Below the pieces are notes generated by a model. The model did no database searches and was not told the origin of the DNA. It saw nothing but the letters and a program-made list of their open reading frames with translations. This document shows positions 47,966 to 57,154 of a DNA stretch of 62,714 nt, piece by piece. The DNA is from a virus (lineage: Duplodnaviria; Caudoviricetes): IMG/VR virus record IMGVR_UViG_3300028809_000001, positions 1 to 62,714 of that record; one strand, given 5' to 3'. Position 1 is the first letter of the stretch. Each line of letters starts with the position of its first letter. The position numbers were made by a program, and so were the translations under genes.

Positions 47966-48250
47966 ATGCGCACGAACACCCCGGCCCAGAAGGACGCCAT
48001 CCGCAAGATGATGACGAACCGTCGACGCGAGCTGTCCTATGAAAGCACCAGCTATCCGAAGTTCACGCCCGGCATGACGACTGCGACCTATCTACAGCTG
48101 TTCGCCATCAACCGCCCCCACCGACTGCCGTACGGCCCGAAGGTGTACGACAAGTCGCACGGCTGCCGTGAAGACCTCTCGCAGTGGAATCGCCCAGCGC
48201 CGATGCTCGACCCCGACACGCCCGAAGTGATCACCGAATCGCTGTACTAG
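47966..48250 (+). CDS. Early hypothetical protein
   Basis: AGGAG RBS; YPKF.PGMTT..Y motif. Confidence 0.65.
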   Translation: MRTNTPAQKDAIRKMMTNRRRELSYESTSYPKFTPGMTTATYLQLFAINRPHRLPYGPKVYDKSHGCREDLSQWNRPAPMLDPDTPEVITESLY

Positions 48251-48295
48251 GGTTTACCCCTATTTAATTCTCATCCCTGCCACCGAAAATACAGT
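48249..48295 (+). promoter_or_regulatory. Putative early promoter
   Basis: AGGGTTTACCCCT at 48249, spacer similar to the 47316 site; GAAAAT at +36, TACAGT at +41. Confidence 0.7.
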
Positions 48296-48338
48296 CATGT
48301 GCTGAACACCTCAGCACTGCAACCCAAAGGAACACACC

Positions 48339-49397
48339 ATGGCACACGCAATCACCCTGAACCGCAAGACGAACAAGTCCGAGATGGCCTACGCTGGCGA
48401 CACGCCGTGGCATGGCCTGGGCCAAGCCCTGTCGGCCGGCGCCGACATCGACACGTGGAAGGCCGAGGCCGGCATGGCCTGGGCGATCAAGAAGGCGTTC
48501 CCCCGATTCGCACCGTACCGTGACGCCCCCGAAGCCGACTGGGTCAAGCACGAAGACCACGTGATCCTGTTCCGCGACGACACGCAGCAATCCCTGTCCA
48601 TCGTCTCGCCGTCGTACAAGATCGTGCAGCCGGGCGAAGTGCTGGAGTTCTTCCGCGACCTCGTCGGCCCCTCGGGCTTCACGCTGGAGACGGCGGGCAC
48701 GCTCGACGGCGGCCGCCGCTTCTGGGCGATGGCGAACATCGGCGACGAAGCCGAAGTCACCCCGGGTGACCGCGTGAAGGGCCGACTGCTGCTCGCCTCC
48801 TCGTGCGACGGCTCGACGCAAACCATCGGCAAGTTCATCAGCGAACGCGTGGTGTGCGCCAACACCCTGGCAATCGCGATGGGCGAGAACGGCAACGCGA
48901 TCAAGATGTCCCATCGCTCGAAGTTCAGCGCCGAGAAGATGAAGCGCGACCTGAACATCGGCCACGGCCAGTTCAGGAAGTTCATGGACGCGGCCCGCCA
49001 CCTGTCCGAGGTGCACCTGTCGGCCGCTGACTCCGAGTCGCTGCTCGTCAAGATCCTGTCCAAGCCGGTGACGGACATCAACGCCGAAGCCGACTTCGCC
49101 ATGTCGGCCGAGTCGGACCTGCAACGCCTGCTGCAGCGCAAGCCGACCGCGAAGGCCGAGCCCACCGTCCAGGAGGGTAAGCAGTTCAAGGGGATCATGG
49201 ACCTGTACAACGGCCAGGGCATGGGTTCGATGCTGCCCGGATCGCAGGGCACCGCCTGGGGCCTGCTGAACGCGGTGACCCAAACCGTGGACTGGTCGGC
49301 CCCGGCTCACTCGCAGAACAACCGCCTGAAGTCGGCATGGTTCGGTGCCGGTGACGAGCTGAAGACCAAGGCGCTGGAGACGCTGCTCGCGGTCTAA
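48339..49397 (+). CDS. DUF932 (phage/plasmid-like TIGR03299) protein
   Basis: MAY....PWHGLG...Y.IVQP...FF...ETAG.L.GG...LLL..S.DGS...RVVCANTL...GTAWGLLNAVT. Confidence 0.9.
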   Translation: MAHAITLNRKTNKSEMAYAGDTPWHGLGQALSAGADIDTWKAEAGMAWAIKKAFPRFAPYRDAPEADWVKHEDHVILFRDDTQQSLSIVSPSYKIVQPGEVLEFFRDLVGPSGFTLETAGTLDGGRRFWAMANIGDEAEVTPGDRVKGRLLLASSCDGSTQTIGKFISERVVCANTLAIAMGENGNAIKMSHRSKFSAEKMKRDLNIGHGQFRKFMDAARHLSEVHLSAADSESLLVKILSKPVTDINAEADFAMSAESDLQRLLQRKPTAKAEPTVQEGKQFKGIMDLYNGQGMGSMLPGSQGTAWGLLNAVTQTVDWSAPAHSQNNRLKSAWFGAGDELKTKALETLLAV

Positions 49398-49448
49398 GGG
49401 GTCCAGCCGCTAAGGGCCTGCTCGGGCCCTTGCGAGTGCATCCCGCAC
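49398..49448 (+). ncRNA. Candidate structured RNA (pseudoknot)
   Basis: Three helices readable by eye: GGGGT/ATCCC, CGC-AAGGGCC/GGCCCTT-GCG, GTGC/GCAC. Confidence 0.4.
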
Positions 49449-49465
49449 GACAACGGAGAACCACC

Positions 49466-49762
49466 ATGAGCATCCACAACGAAACCGCCCGCCTCGCCAA
49501 CAACCGAAGCCCCGCTCGTCTGACCGTCGGCGCCGATGAGGTGCTCGCGATGGTCTACATGACCGACAGCACGACAAGCCGACGCACCCCCGAGTCTGAA
49601 GAACGCGCCCGCCGCCTCGTGGCTTGTTGGAACGCCCTGGTTGGCCTGTCCACCGAAGACGTCGAAGCCATGGCCTCCGAGAACGCCGCGAAGCGCGCCA
49701 CACTCGAATCCGATGAACGCGCGACGTTCGGACAGGTCGTCGCGGCCGACGTGCTCGCCTAA
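49466..49762 (+). CDS. Hypothetical protein
   Basis: GGAG RBS; ARRLVACWNA..GLSTE motif common in phages. Confidence 0.7.
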   Translation: MSIHNETARLANNRSPARLTVGADEVLAMVYMTDSTTSRRTPESEERARRLVACWNALVGLSTEDVEAMASENAAKRATLESDERATFGQVVAADVLA

Positions 49763-49794
49763 CCCGCCACCCCTGCAACCGAACGGAGAACGAC

Positions 49795-49938
49795 ATGACC
49801 AAAGCCGCACGCTTCAAGGTTCTCAAGGATCACGCCCTCGGAAAGTTCCGCATGTATTGCGACAACAAGCCTGTCGGCGAACCGTACGACCTCAAGCGCG
49901 AAGCCGTCGCCGCGATGGTTCGCGCGATTGCCGCCTAA
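49795..49938 (+). CDS. Small hypothetical protein (47 aa)
   Basis: GGAG RBS; translated by eye. Confidence 0.55.
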   Translation: MTKAARFKVLKDHALGKFRMYCDNKPVGEPYDLKREAVAAMVRAIAA

Positions 49939-49959
49939 CCCACTACCGGAGAACCGCCT

Positions 49960-50121
49960 GTGACCGCCGACCGCCGCCGATTCAACAGCCCGATGCGCCG
50001 CACCACCGGCCGCATCGTCGACCTCCCCACCCGTGACATGGACGCGTGGGCCCGCGGTGAGACCCGCATCCTGCTGGTGCTGCTCGTGGTGGGCGCCATC
50101 GTCGCTCTTTTCATCCGCTAG
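49960..50121 (+). CDS. Small protein with C-terminal TM (53 aa)
   Basis: GGAG RBS and GTG start; translated by eye. Confidence 0.55.
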   Translation: MTADRRRFNSPMRRTTGRIVDLPTRDMDAWARGETRILLVLLVVGAIVALFIR

Positions 50122-50130
50122 GAGAACCAC

Positions 50131-50334
50131 ATGCCTGAATTTCGCACCGTCACCCGCGAAGAGTTCCTCGCCGTCATCGGCCCCCTCAACGTGTGCCCCC
50201 GCTCTGAGCCTGACCGCTCCGTGTGGGAGGACGTGGTAACCCGGAAGGTCGTCGGTCTGACGACCCCAGGATACAAAAACGGGTGGACGCCGCAGGGCAA
50301 GGCCCCGAACGTCTACAAGCTGGCGGTCCGCTAG
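50131..50334 (+). CDS. Small hypothetical protein
   Basis: AGGAG RBS; 67 aa. Confidence 0.65.
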   Translation: MPEFRTVTREEFLAVIGPLNVCPRSEPDRSVWEDVVTRKVVGLTTPGYKNGWTPQGKAPNVYKLAVR

Positions 50335-51851
50335 CCCAGCAGCCACGCCAGATCCGGCGTCACTGCCGGAACCAAACCCCGCGCCTCCACCCGGAGGCGC
50401 ATTGCTTTCAGGGTCAGATCCTCGTCGGCCTCCTTGGCCGCCAGCAGTGCGAACAGGTCCTCGTCGATGGTGTTCTCGGCGATCAGGTGGTTGATCACCA
50501 CGCGGCCCGCCTGCTGCCCCTGGCGCACGATCCGGGCATTGAACTGCAGGTAGTGGTCCAGGTTGTTCGTCGGTCCGTACCACACCACCGTGCTGGCCGC
50601 GTTCTGGAACCCGTCCAGGCCGTGCGCGCCCTCGGCAGGGTGCATCGCCAGGATCTTGTGCTTGCCCGCCATCCAGGCCCGCACCTGCCCCGGGTTGCTG
50701 ATCCGGGCCAGCTTGGTGCCGAAGCGCTTCTTCAACGCTGCCTCGTCGGGCTTGAAGGGGTAGGCCAGCAGGACACCCCCCTCGACCGTCTCCAGCAGCT
50801 CCTCCAGTGCGTCCAGCTTGACGTCGTGCAGGTCATGCACCAGCCGCTCGTCGTCGTACACCTTGCCGTTGGCGATCTGCCTCAGCTTCATGCCCGCGGC
50901 TTGGTCCTGGGTCGTGCTCGCACCCAGCACCAGCAGGCCGGTCCGTTCGGTGTCGTCGTACAACCTGCGCACCGCCGGGGGCAGCCGCACGTGGACCGGG
51001 TTGACCACCTCCTCCGGCAGCTCCATCCAGTCCCGCGCCAGCAGGCTGAACGCGATGCCCTGCAGCAGCGCCTCGATGCGCAGCGCCGCGCCGGCTTTGG
51101 GCACGTAGCCGTGGATCGTGCCGTCGCGGCCGCGCGCGCCCGGGTGCATGAACTCATCCCTGAACGCCGTCAGGGTCTTCCCCAGGCGCTCGCCCTGGTC
51201 CAGCAGGTAGATCTGCGCCCACAGGTCCTCTATCCCGTTCGGCCGGGGCCGCCCGGACAGCTCGATCAGCCGACTGACCACCGGCCGCACGTGCCGGTAC
51301 GCCCGAAACCGCAGGCTGTTGTGGGTCTTCACGAAGATCGACTCGTCCAGGATGTTCACCTTCCACGGCCAGCGGTGCTCCAGGGCTGCGCTGATCCACG
51401 GCACGGCGTCATAGCTGAACGTGGCGTAGGGGTAGCGCGCGGCGATGTCCAGCAGGTGCTTGCGGGTCGCCTTGATGTCGGCGAACTCGGTGGTGCGGGT
51501 GTCACGCGGCACCGGGGCGCCCACCGGCAGCCCGTCCCTCCAGTTCGTCCGCCACTTGTGCACCACGCCCAGGTCGTCGAACGTGATGTGCCGCATCTGG
51601 CCATCCAGGTGGGCGAGGTGCTGCCACCTGGACGCCTCGCGCTGCCACGTGCCCTCGGCCACCCGCTTCGGTGCGCAGATGCCGACCGGCCCCTCGCCTT
51701 GTCGGCGCATCTGCTCGGTGGCCGTCAGCGTGGCGCCCGTCTTGCCGGTGCCCATGCCCGACCAGTTCGCAACGAACGGGGTCTCGACCACCGTCTGGGT
51801 GGCGCGCTCCTGGAAGTGGCGCATCTGATCCAGGCGCAGCAATTCAGCCAT
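50331..51851 (-). CDS. SNF2-like superfamily 2 helicase
   Basis: MGTGKT; ILDES; LSG.P.PNG.EDLWAQ.YLLD.G.RLG; Q..ARI.RQGQ. Confidence 0.92.
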   Translation of the reverse strand: MAELLRLDQMRHFQERATQTVVETPFVANWSGMGTGKTGATLTATEQMRRQGEGPVGICAPKRVAEGTWQREASRWQHLAHLDGQMRHITFDDLGVVHKWRTNWRDGLPVGAPVPRDTRTTEFADIKATRKHLLDIAARYPYATFSYDAVPWISAALEHRWPWKVNILDESIFVKTHNSLRFRAYRHVRPVVSRLIELSGRPRPNGIEDLWAQIYLLDQGERLGKTLTAFRDEFMHPGARGRDGTIHGYVPKAGAALRIEALLQGIAFSLLARDWMELPEEVVNPVHVRLPPAVRRLYDDTERTGLLVLGASTTQDQAAGMKLRQIANGKVYDDERLVHDLHDVKLDALEELLETVEGGVLLAYPFKPDEAALKKRFGTKLARISNPGQVRAWMAGKHKILAMHPAEGAHGLDGFQNAASTVVWYGPTNNLDHYLQFNARIVRQGQQAGRVVINHLIAENTIDEDLFALLAAKEADEDLTLKAMRLRVEARGLVPAVTPDLAWLLG

Positions 51852-52158
51852 GGGTGCTGCTCCCCCCGCGGCGGGCCGCGAGGCCGTCCAGGAACGCGTC
51901 TACGCCGTTCTTGCTGTCCGTCCACCCCGCGTAGGCGCCGCGCAGGCGCTGGTCCTCGATCTCGGCCATCTGGTGCGACTCGGGCCACTTGCCCGGGGCC
52001 TTCAGTTCCAGGTGCCCATACGCGGGCGGCAGCCCGGACTTGTCGCTGGCCTGGATGATCCAGTCCATGTCGCCCAGAGTCCCGTTCGCCTTCCAGGCGC
52101 GCCAGCCCAGGGCCTTAACGCGGGCCCGCAGGTGGGCCGTGATTGCACTCTCACGCAT
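51844..52158 (-). CDS. VRR-NUC nuclease
   Basis: RES.I...G.MD...ELKAPGK.P...Q. Confidence 0.85.
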   Translation of the reverse strand: MRESAITAHLRARVKALGWRAWKANGTLGDMDWIIQASDKSGLPPAYGHLELKAPGKWPESHQMAEIEDQRLRGAYAGWTDSKNGVDAFLDGLAARRGGSSTHG

Positions 52159-52159
52159 T

Positions 52160-52460
52160 TCTAAGATTCCTTTTTAGGCTGCGGCAGCGCGTCAGCTGCG
52201 TCAGTACAAATGCATTCCGCCGCTATACAGGAAAAGATGTGCGTGTCTCCCTGTGTATTGCATTTTCCGCATGTATAGAGATTCATTTTTTACTGACGCA
52301 ACTGACGCAAATAGAAAAACAATAACAGGATCAACTACTTACAAGTGCGTCAGCAAAATTTCTCTACTGACGCTGCGTCAGTACGTGCTGACGCAAATAA
52401 CAAGCACCGCCGTGCCTGCCCTGTTCTACGTAAGCACCGCCGTGCTTGCGTCAGTAGAAG
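52160..52460. repeat. Candidate replication origin: AT-rich region with nine GCGTCAG/CTGACGC iterons
   Basis: Copies at 52189, 52198, 52293, 52302, 52347, 52367, 52375, 52388 and 52448; lies at the primase 3' end. Confidence 0.7.
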
Positions 52461-55128
52461 CCAGCAGCGCGGTGACGACGTGCGCCTCTTTCGGGGCCCT
52501 CGTCCACGCCCGGACTTGCTTGTCGCGGAAGCGGATCATCCCGGGATGCGGCACCCAACCCAGCTCGCGCAGGATCGCGCCCACCGCTTTCGGGGAGGGC
52601 ACGTGCAGCGCGTAGGCCTTCGCCCGGTCCACGAGGCGCAGGCGCAGGTGGGTCGCCGACACGACCGACTCGCTGATGCCGAGGCCAGGGTCCTGAAGGC
52701 ACTCACTCACCAACTCGGCGGCATCGCTCTGTGACTCGGCGGCCACTTCGCGCTTCGCCTCGGTCATCGGGGCGTGCCCCTTCGCGTCGAACTCGGGGGA
52801 CATCTCGAACGCCCCCTGCAGCCACGCTCCGGAGGCGAGCCACCACCGCAGCACATCGCCGAACGCCGCGAGGGCGTGGTGGAACCGGGCGTACTCGCCC
52901 GATGCGAGCCGGGCCTTCACCTCTGCGGCAGTCACCGGCGAGAAGATCATGCAGAGCCGGCGCTCCTCTTCAGCCTTGGACAGGGGCAACGCGTCGCGGT
53001 AGTTGGAGAAGGCGATGTAGTTCGTGACGTTGGGCACCTCGAACTCGTTCTGTCCCTTGCGCAGCACCGTCACGGTGGCGTCGACGATCGGCTCGCGCAG
53101 CTTCTCGATCAGCGACCACGCGGCGGACTGGCCGCCCTGGCGCTGCTTCACCTCGTCGAGGGCCCGCACGGCCACGCCGGTCTTCCAGGGGGTGAACTCG
53201 GAGTGCAGGGCTTCGTTGGACACCTTGCCCACGTTCTCTTCCCCCAGCGTGGCCGACAGCAGCGAGATCACGGAGGACTTGCCCGCGCCGGGCACGGACT
53301 GCACGAACGGCATCCAGGTCACCTTGTCGCCGGGCCGCCGCACGTTCCAAGCGATCCACGACAGCAGCAGACCGCGCTCACGCGCATCGGGGATCAGGAA
53401 GGCGAAGTGCGACTCCACCACGCGGATCGCGGTCCAGTCGTCCTCAGACGACGGCGCCCGCGCAGCAGGCACCGAGTCCGGGCGGAACGTGTTGCCCACC
53501 AGCTTGTCCTTGTGCTGGAACACCCGCGAGCCCATCGGGTGATAGGCCGTGTTGTCCACCACCTGCATCTCGGCGCGGGCCCGGAGCCAGTCGACCGCGG
53601 AGTCCTTGGTCCCGTCAGCCTTGACCGGCATGTACCGCTTGAACTCGAACTCCATCGCGTAACCGGTGCGGGAGGACCCGCTGCTCAGGTGGAGGAACTT
53701 GTCGGTCGCTGCGTCGAGCACCCACTCCGACGGCACGGCCAGCAGCTCACCGCCAGGAGTGAGCCCGCCACCACCCCCGCCCGACGGGGCAGCGGGCAGC
53801 GTCGCGCCGTTGCCGCGCAGGATCGACAGGGCCTCGGCCTTCGGCAGCCGGGTCAGGCCCTTCACCGTCTTGAGCGCCTTGGTGTAGTGGGCGACGAACC
53901 CCTCGGCGTCCAGGTCGCGAGCGTCGAGCAGCGCGTGCAGCCCCGTCTCCAGGCCATAGCACTCACCCAGGCGCATCAGCTCGGCGTCCGCGGCGTCGCG
54001 GTCCTTGATCGCCACAGCACCGTCCACCTGCGCGCGCCACCGGCGCAGCGTCTCGGCCATCCCGCCGTCCGCCTTCACCGTCGCCACCACCGCTCCGGCG
54101 GCACGCCCGGCCGCCGCCTCGCGCGCCGACTGCGTCTCCTTGATCAGCGAACGGATCGTGATGACGTGGCGCGGGTCGGCGCCGCCGCGCTCCCGCCGGC
54201 CGAAGGTGGCCCAGCGCTCGGCGCACGCGCCCGGGTCGTACTGGGTGACGGCGCCCACCGGCCGCTCCGCGGTCCCCTGCGACCACGTGTCCCACAGCTC
54301 CAGCCACTCGTCCGCACCGTCGCCCTGGTGGTGCAGGGCCTGCCCCACCCGGACCCACTCGTCGTTCAGCACATCGGCCGAGAGGTGCGGCAGCAGCTCG
54401 TCGCGCACACGTTCGAGCGGCCACTCGGGGTCGGCCGCCTTCAGGTTCTGGAGCAGCAGGATGGGGTCTGCGCCGGGGCCCGCCAGCCGCAGCGGCGGAC
54501 GCACGGCGCCGGGCTGGTGAGCGCCGGGCCCGAACTCGCGGTCGACGAGCCAGCCGAGCGCCTGCATGGACGCAGGCAGCGTGGCATGGCCGTTGATCTG
54601 GTGCCCGGTCACGGCGAAGTAGCGGCCCGCGGTGTACAGCTCGACGCCTGCCTTCTTGTGCGACGTGGACAGGTCGGTGCGGGTGAACATCTTGAGGCCG
54701 GTGCCGGAGGGCGACACCTCGGCGTAGCCATCCACGCGGGCCAGCACCTCGGCCGCGCGCTCGTCCGGCTCGCCCAGCGTCACGCTGTCGTCCAGGTCGA
54801 TGCCGTGCAGCTCGTCGCCCAGCACCACGCCGATGCCGTCGAGCCAGCAGGGCGCGTTCATGTCCTGGCCACGCTGCGAGTAGGCCCGCAGCGCGTCGTC
54901 CCAGGTGGTCCAGGTGTCCGGGCCGCTGCTGTCGGCGCCGTAGCCGACGCGGCCGCCGTGCACGCGGTGCGGCACCTTGACCCACTTGCCCTCGCCCAGG
55001 AAGCCGAGCGTCTTGTGGGGCTTCCAGGTGTGGCGCCAGCCCACCCAGCGAGGCAGCTGCTTCAGTTCCAGGGGCACGCCGTCAGGCAGGAGATCGAGCG
55101 CGGTGGGCCGCGCTGTGTTCGGGGTCAT
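52426..55128 (-). CDS. Primase-polymerase (AEP) + PriCT-2 + SF3 (DUF5906-like) helicase
   Basis: GIDLDD...YAEVSPSGTG...ELY...RYF..TG; W.RVG.ALH...W..WS; PGAGKS, LDEV, FSN. Confidence 0.9.
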   Translation of the reverse strand: MTPNTARPTALDLLPDGVPLELKQLPRWVGWRHTWKPHKTLGFLGEGKWVKVPHRVHGGRVGYGADSSGPDTWTTWDDALRAYSQRGQDMNAPCWLDGIGVVLGDELHGIDLDDSVTLGEPDERAAEVLARVDGYAEVSPSGTGLKMFTRTDLSTSHKKAGVELYTAGRYFAVTGHQINGHATLPASMQALGWLVDREFGPGAHQPGAVRPPLRLAGPGADPILLLQNLKAADPEWPLERVRDELLPHLSADVLNDEWVRVGQALHHQGDGADEWLELWDTWSQGTAERPVGAVTQYDPGACAERWATFGRRERGGADPRHVITIRSLIKETQSAREAAAGRAAGAVVATVKADGGMAETLRRWRAQVDGAVAIKDRDAADAELMRLGECYGLETGLHALLDARDLDAEGFVAHYTKALKTVKGLTRLPKAEALSILRGNGATLPAAPSGGGGGGLTPGGELLAVPSEWVLDAATDKFLHLSSGSSRTGYAMEFEFKRYMPVKADGTKDSAVDWLRARAEMQVVDNTAYHPMGSRVFQHKDKLVGNTFRPDSVPAARAPSSEDDWTAIRVVESHFAFLIPDARERGLLLSWIAWNVRRPGDKVTWMPFVQSVPGAGKSSVISLLSATLGEENVGKVSNEALHSEFTPWKTGVAVRALDEVKQRQGGQSAAWSLIEKLREPIVDATVTVLRKGQNEFEVPNVTNYIAFSNYRDALPLSKAEEERRLCMIFSPVTAAEVKARLASGEYARFHHALAAFGDVLRWWLASGAWLQGAFEMSPEFDAKGHAPMTEAKREVAAESQSDAAELVSECLQDPGLGISESVVSATHLRLRLVDRAKAYALHVPSPKAVGAILRELGWVPHPGMIRFRDKQVRAWTRAPKEAHVVTALLASTDASTAVLT

Positions 55129-55139
55129 GCGGGTGTCCT

Positions 55140-55358
55140 TCAGAAGATGTCGGGGCGCAGGGCGGCCATCGTGAGCGCGTGCCCGTCGGGCAGCCGATAG
55201 CCCCGCTTGGCGGCCAGCTCGACCACGCCCTTGGCGCGGTTGGCCGGCACGTGCGGCCAGCGGACGACGGCGACACGGGAGATGTTCAGATGGCGGGCGA
55301 CGGCAGAGGGGCCGCCCAGGGCGCGCACGAGGGCGCGTGTTTCGTGAGGGGTGTTCAT
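55140..55358 (-). CDS. Cro/YdaS-like HTH regulator
   Basis: LGGPSAVARHLNIS..AV..W..VP..R...LRPDIF. Confidence 0.85.
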   Translation of the reverse strand: MNTPHETRALVRALGGPSAVARHLNISRVAVVRWPHVPANRAKGVVELAAKRGYRLPDGHALTMAALRPDIF

Positions 55359-55387
55359 TGCAGAGGCAGGTCGCTGCTGGGGGTCCG

Positions 55388-55396
55388 AGGTTAACA
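55388..55396 (-). promoter_or_regulatory. Putative extended -10 promoter for the cro-primase operon
   Basis: Minus strand TG-T-TAACCT, 30 bp upstream of the cro ATG. Confidence 0.4.
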
Positions 55397-55438
55397 CCAG
55401 TCAGACCCGTCCGACACGCCCCGGCCGGCCACCCGCAT

Positions 55439-55480
55439 AGGGTTTCCACCTAGTCGCAGTACACGAGATTGCAGTACAGT
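55439..55480 (+). promoter_or_regulatory. Putative promoter (palindrome family)
   Basis: AGGGTTTCCACCT at 55439; two GCAGTACA boxes; TACAGT at 55475 (+36). Confidence 0.75.
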
Positions 55481-55506
55481 GCAGGCTCAACCACAGGAGA
55501 CGCCCC

Positions 55507-55947
55507 ATGGGCACGTACACCGAGCTGGTCTTGAAGTGCGACATCAAGGCCGACATCCCCGACGACGTGGAGCAGGTGCTGCGCCACCTCTTCCGCACCG
55601 ATGACCACACCGACGTGCACGACACGCCGGCGGAGCACGCGCTGCCCGCGCATCGGTTCTTCAAGCTCCCCCGCTGGGACTGCATCGGCCGCGGCAGCAG
55701 CTTCTACCACACGCCCTTCGCCCTGTCGCAGTACATGCAGCCGAACAATGAGCAGGAGGGCGGCGACGAGTCGAAGACCTACAAGGGCGGCTACATCTTT
55801 TCGCGCAGCGACCTGAAGAACTACGACGACGAGATCGCCACGTTCCTCGACTGGCTGCAGCCGTACATCGAAGAGGAGCGGGGCATGTGCATCGGCTGGA
55901 CGTGGCACGAGAACGAGATCACCCCCACCCTGATTTTCAAACGCTGA
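55507..55947 (+). CDS. Conserved phage hypothetical protein
   Basis: AGGAG RBS; MG.YTEL...LKNYD.EI..FLDW..PYI. Confidence 0.75.
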   Translation: MGTYTELVLKCDIKADIPDDVEQVLRHLFRTDDHTDVHDTPAEHALPAHRFFKLPRWDCIGRGSSFYHTPFALSQYMQPNNEQEGGDESKTYKGGYIFSRSDLKNYDDEIATFLDWLQPYIEEERGMCIGWTWHENEITPTLIFKR

Positions 55948-55960
55948 AAGGAACCACACC

Positions 55961-57151
55961 ATGCCCGAACCTCTGAGCCAACGGCTGCGCAAGCACCTCG
56001 ACGGCCCTCACGTCTACATGCCGGGCGCCGAGTTCGAATCGCCCGAGCGCCGGGCCGCCGTGCCGCTCGGCCTGCTCGGCGAGGCGATCGGCGCGCTGAG
56101 CGTGCACGAGCGCACCCCGGCCCCGCCCGCCATCGCCACCCTGGAGCAGCGGCTGAACCGACTGGTTGACCTGATCGAGAAGGGCGACCGTGAACGCGCC
56201 GAGATGTGCGCCGCGCACGGGCTGCGCAAGCACCCCGACATGCCGGAGTTCGTGCGACGCCGGCTCAGCAGCCTTCTCGACAAGCTGCGCCGGTGCGAGC
56301 CGCCCGCCAACTGCCTCGCCCTGGTCACCGAGGCGCGCGACTACCTGCGCAGCCCCGAGCGGCCCGAGTCCTACCCGCTGCACAAACGCTTCGACACGAT
56401 CGCCGTCATGGCGTCCCAGGGTAGCCGCAGCTCCGTGAACAAGTGCCTGCGCTACGCAGAGCAGTACCACCCCGACATGCCGCAGGGCGCCCGCGACGCG
56501 ATCCGCCTCATCCGTTCGGAGCTGTCGGACCGCCCGGTCGACTGGGACTGCATCGTGCATATCGCCCGGCAGGCGTCCCGCGAGCTGGAGCGGGCCGCCG
56601 AGTCCTGCGGGGGCTGCGGCTCGGCCGCCGCTCAGGCGGGCACGGCGGCGCACCTCTTCGCAGAGGCGACCCCGTCCGAGATGGCTGCCATGAAGTTCAA
56701 CGCCGAGCTGGTGAGCGAGAACGGCCGCCTCGCCGATGAGGTGAAGAAGCTCAGGCTGGATCGGGCCGAGTGCGAATCGACGATCAGCTCGCTCCAGTGC
56801 CGCGGCAGCCACCTGGAGCGGCAGGTCAGCGACCTGCAGGCCAAGCTGTCCACCGGCGTCAGCTTCGCGCTCGGACGCTTCGACGCGCTGCCCCGCTACG
56901 AGTCGTCCACGTTCAGCGGCATGAACACCAAGCCGGAGGGCAACTACGTCTATCGCGACGACGCCCGGCAGGTGCTGCTCGACATGAAGGCGCACCTGGG
57001 CACTGGCGGCGCGCTGAAGTCTGCCAAGGAGATCAAACTGCGCGATGTGCTGCGCCAGATCAACGAACTGGTCCGTCCCCACGCATACGACGACGGCTCC
57101 ATCGCCTCCAGAATCCGCACCCTGATCGCCGACACCCTCAAGAAAGACTGA
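55961..57151 (+). CDS. Hypothetical multi-module helical protein
   Basis: 396 aa; HPDMP occurs twice; coiled-coil. Confidence 0.7.
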   Translation: MPEPLSQRLRKHLDGPHVYMPGAEFESPERRAAVPLGLLGEAIGALSVHERTPAPPAIATLEQRLNRLVDLIEKGDRERAEMCAAHGLRKHPDMPEFVRRRLSSLLDKLRRCEPPANCLALVTEARDYLRSPERPESYPLHKRFDTIAVMASQGSRSSVNKCLRYAEQYHPDMPQGARDAIRLIRSELSDRPVDWDCIVHIARQASRELERAAESCGGCGSAAAQAGTAAHLFAEATPSEMAAMKFNAELVSENGRLADEVKKLRLDRAECESTISSLQCRGSHLERQVSDLQAKLSTGVSFALGRFDALPRYESSTFSGMNTKPEGNYVYRDDARQVLLDMKAHLGTGGALKSAKEIKLRDVLRQINELVRPHAYDDGSIASRIRTLIADTLKKD

Positions 57152-57154
57152 ACC

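Noticed and set aside
52426-55449. 1007-aa primase as given in the ORF track
   Set aside because: The extension overlaps the cro gene; ATG 55128 has an AAGGA RBS, giving 900 aa.
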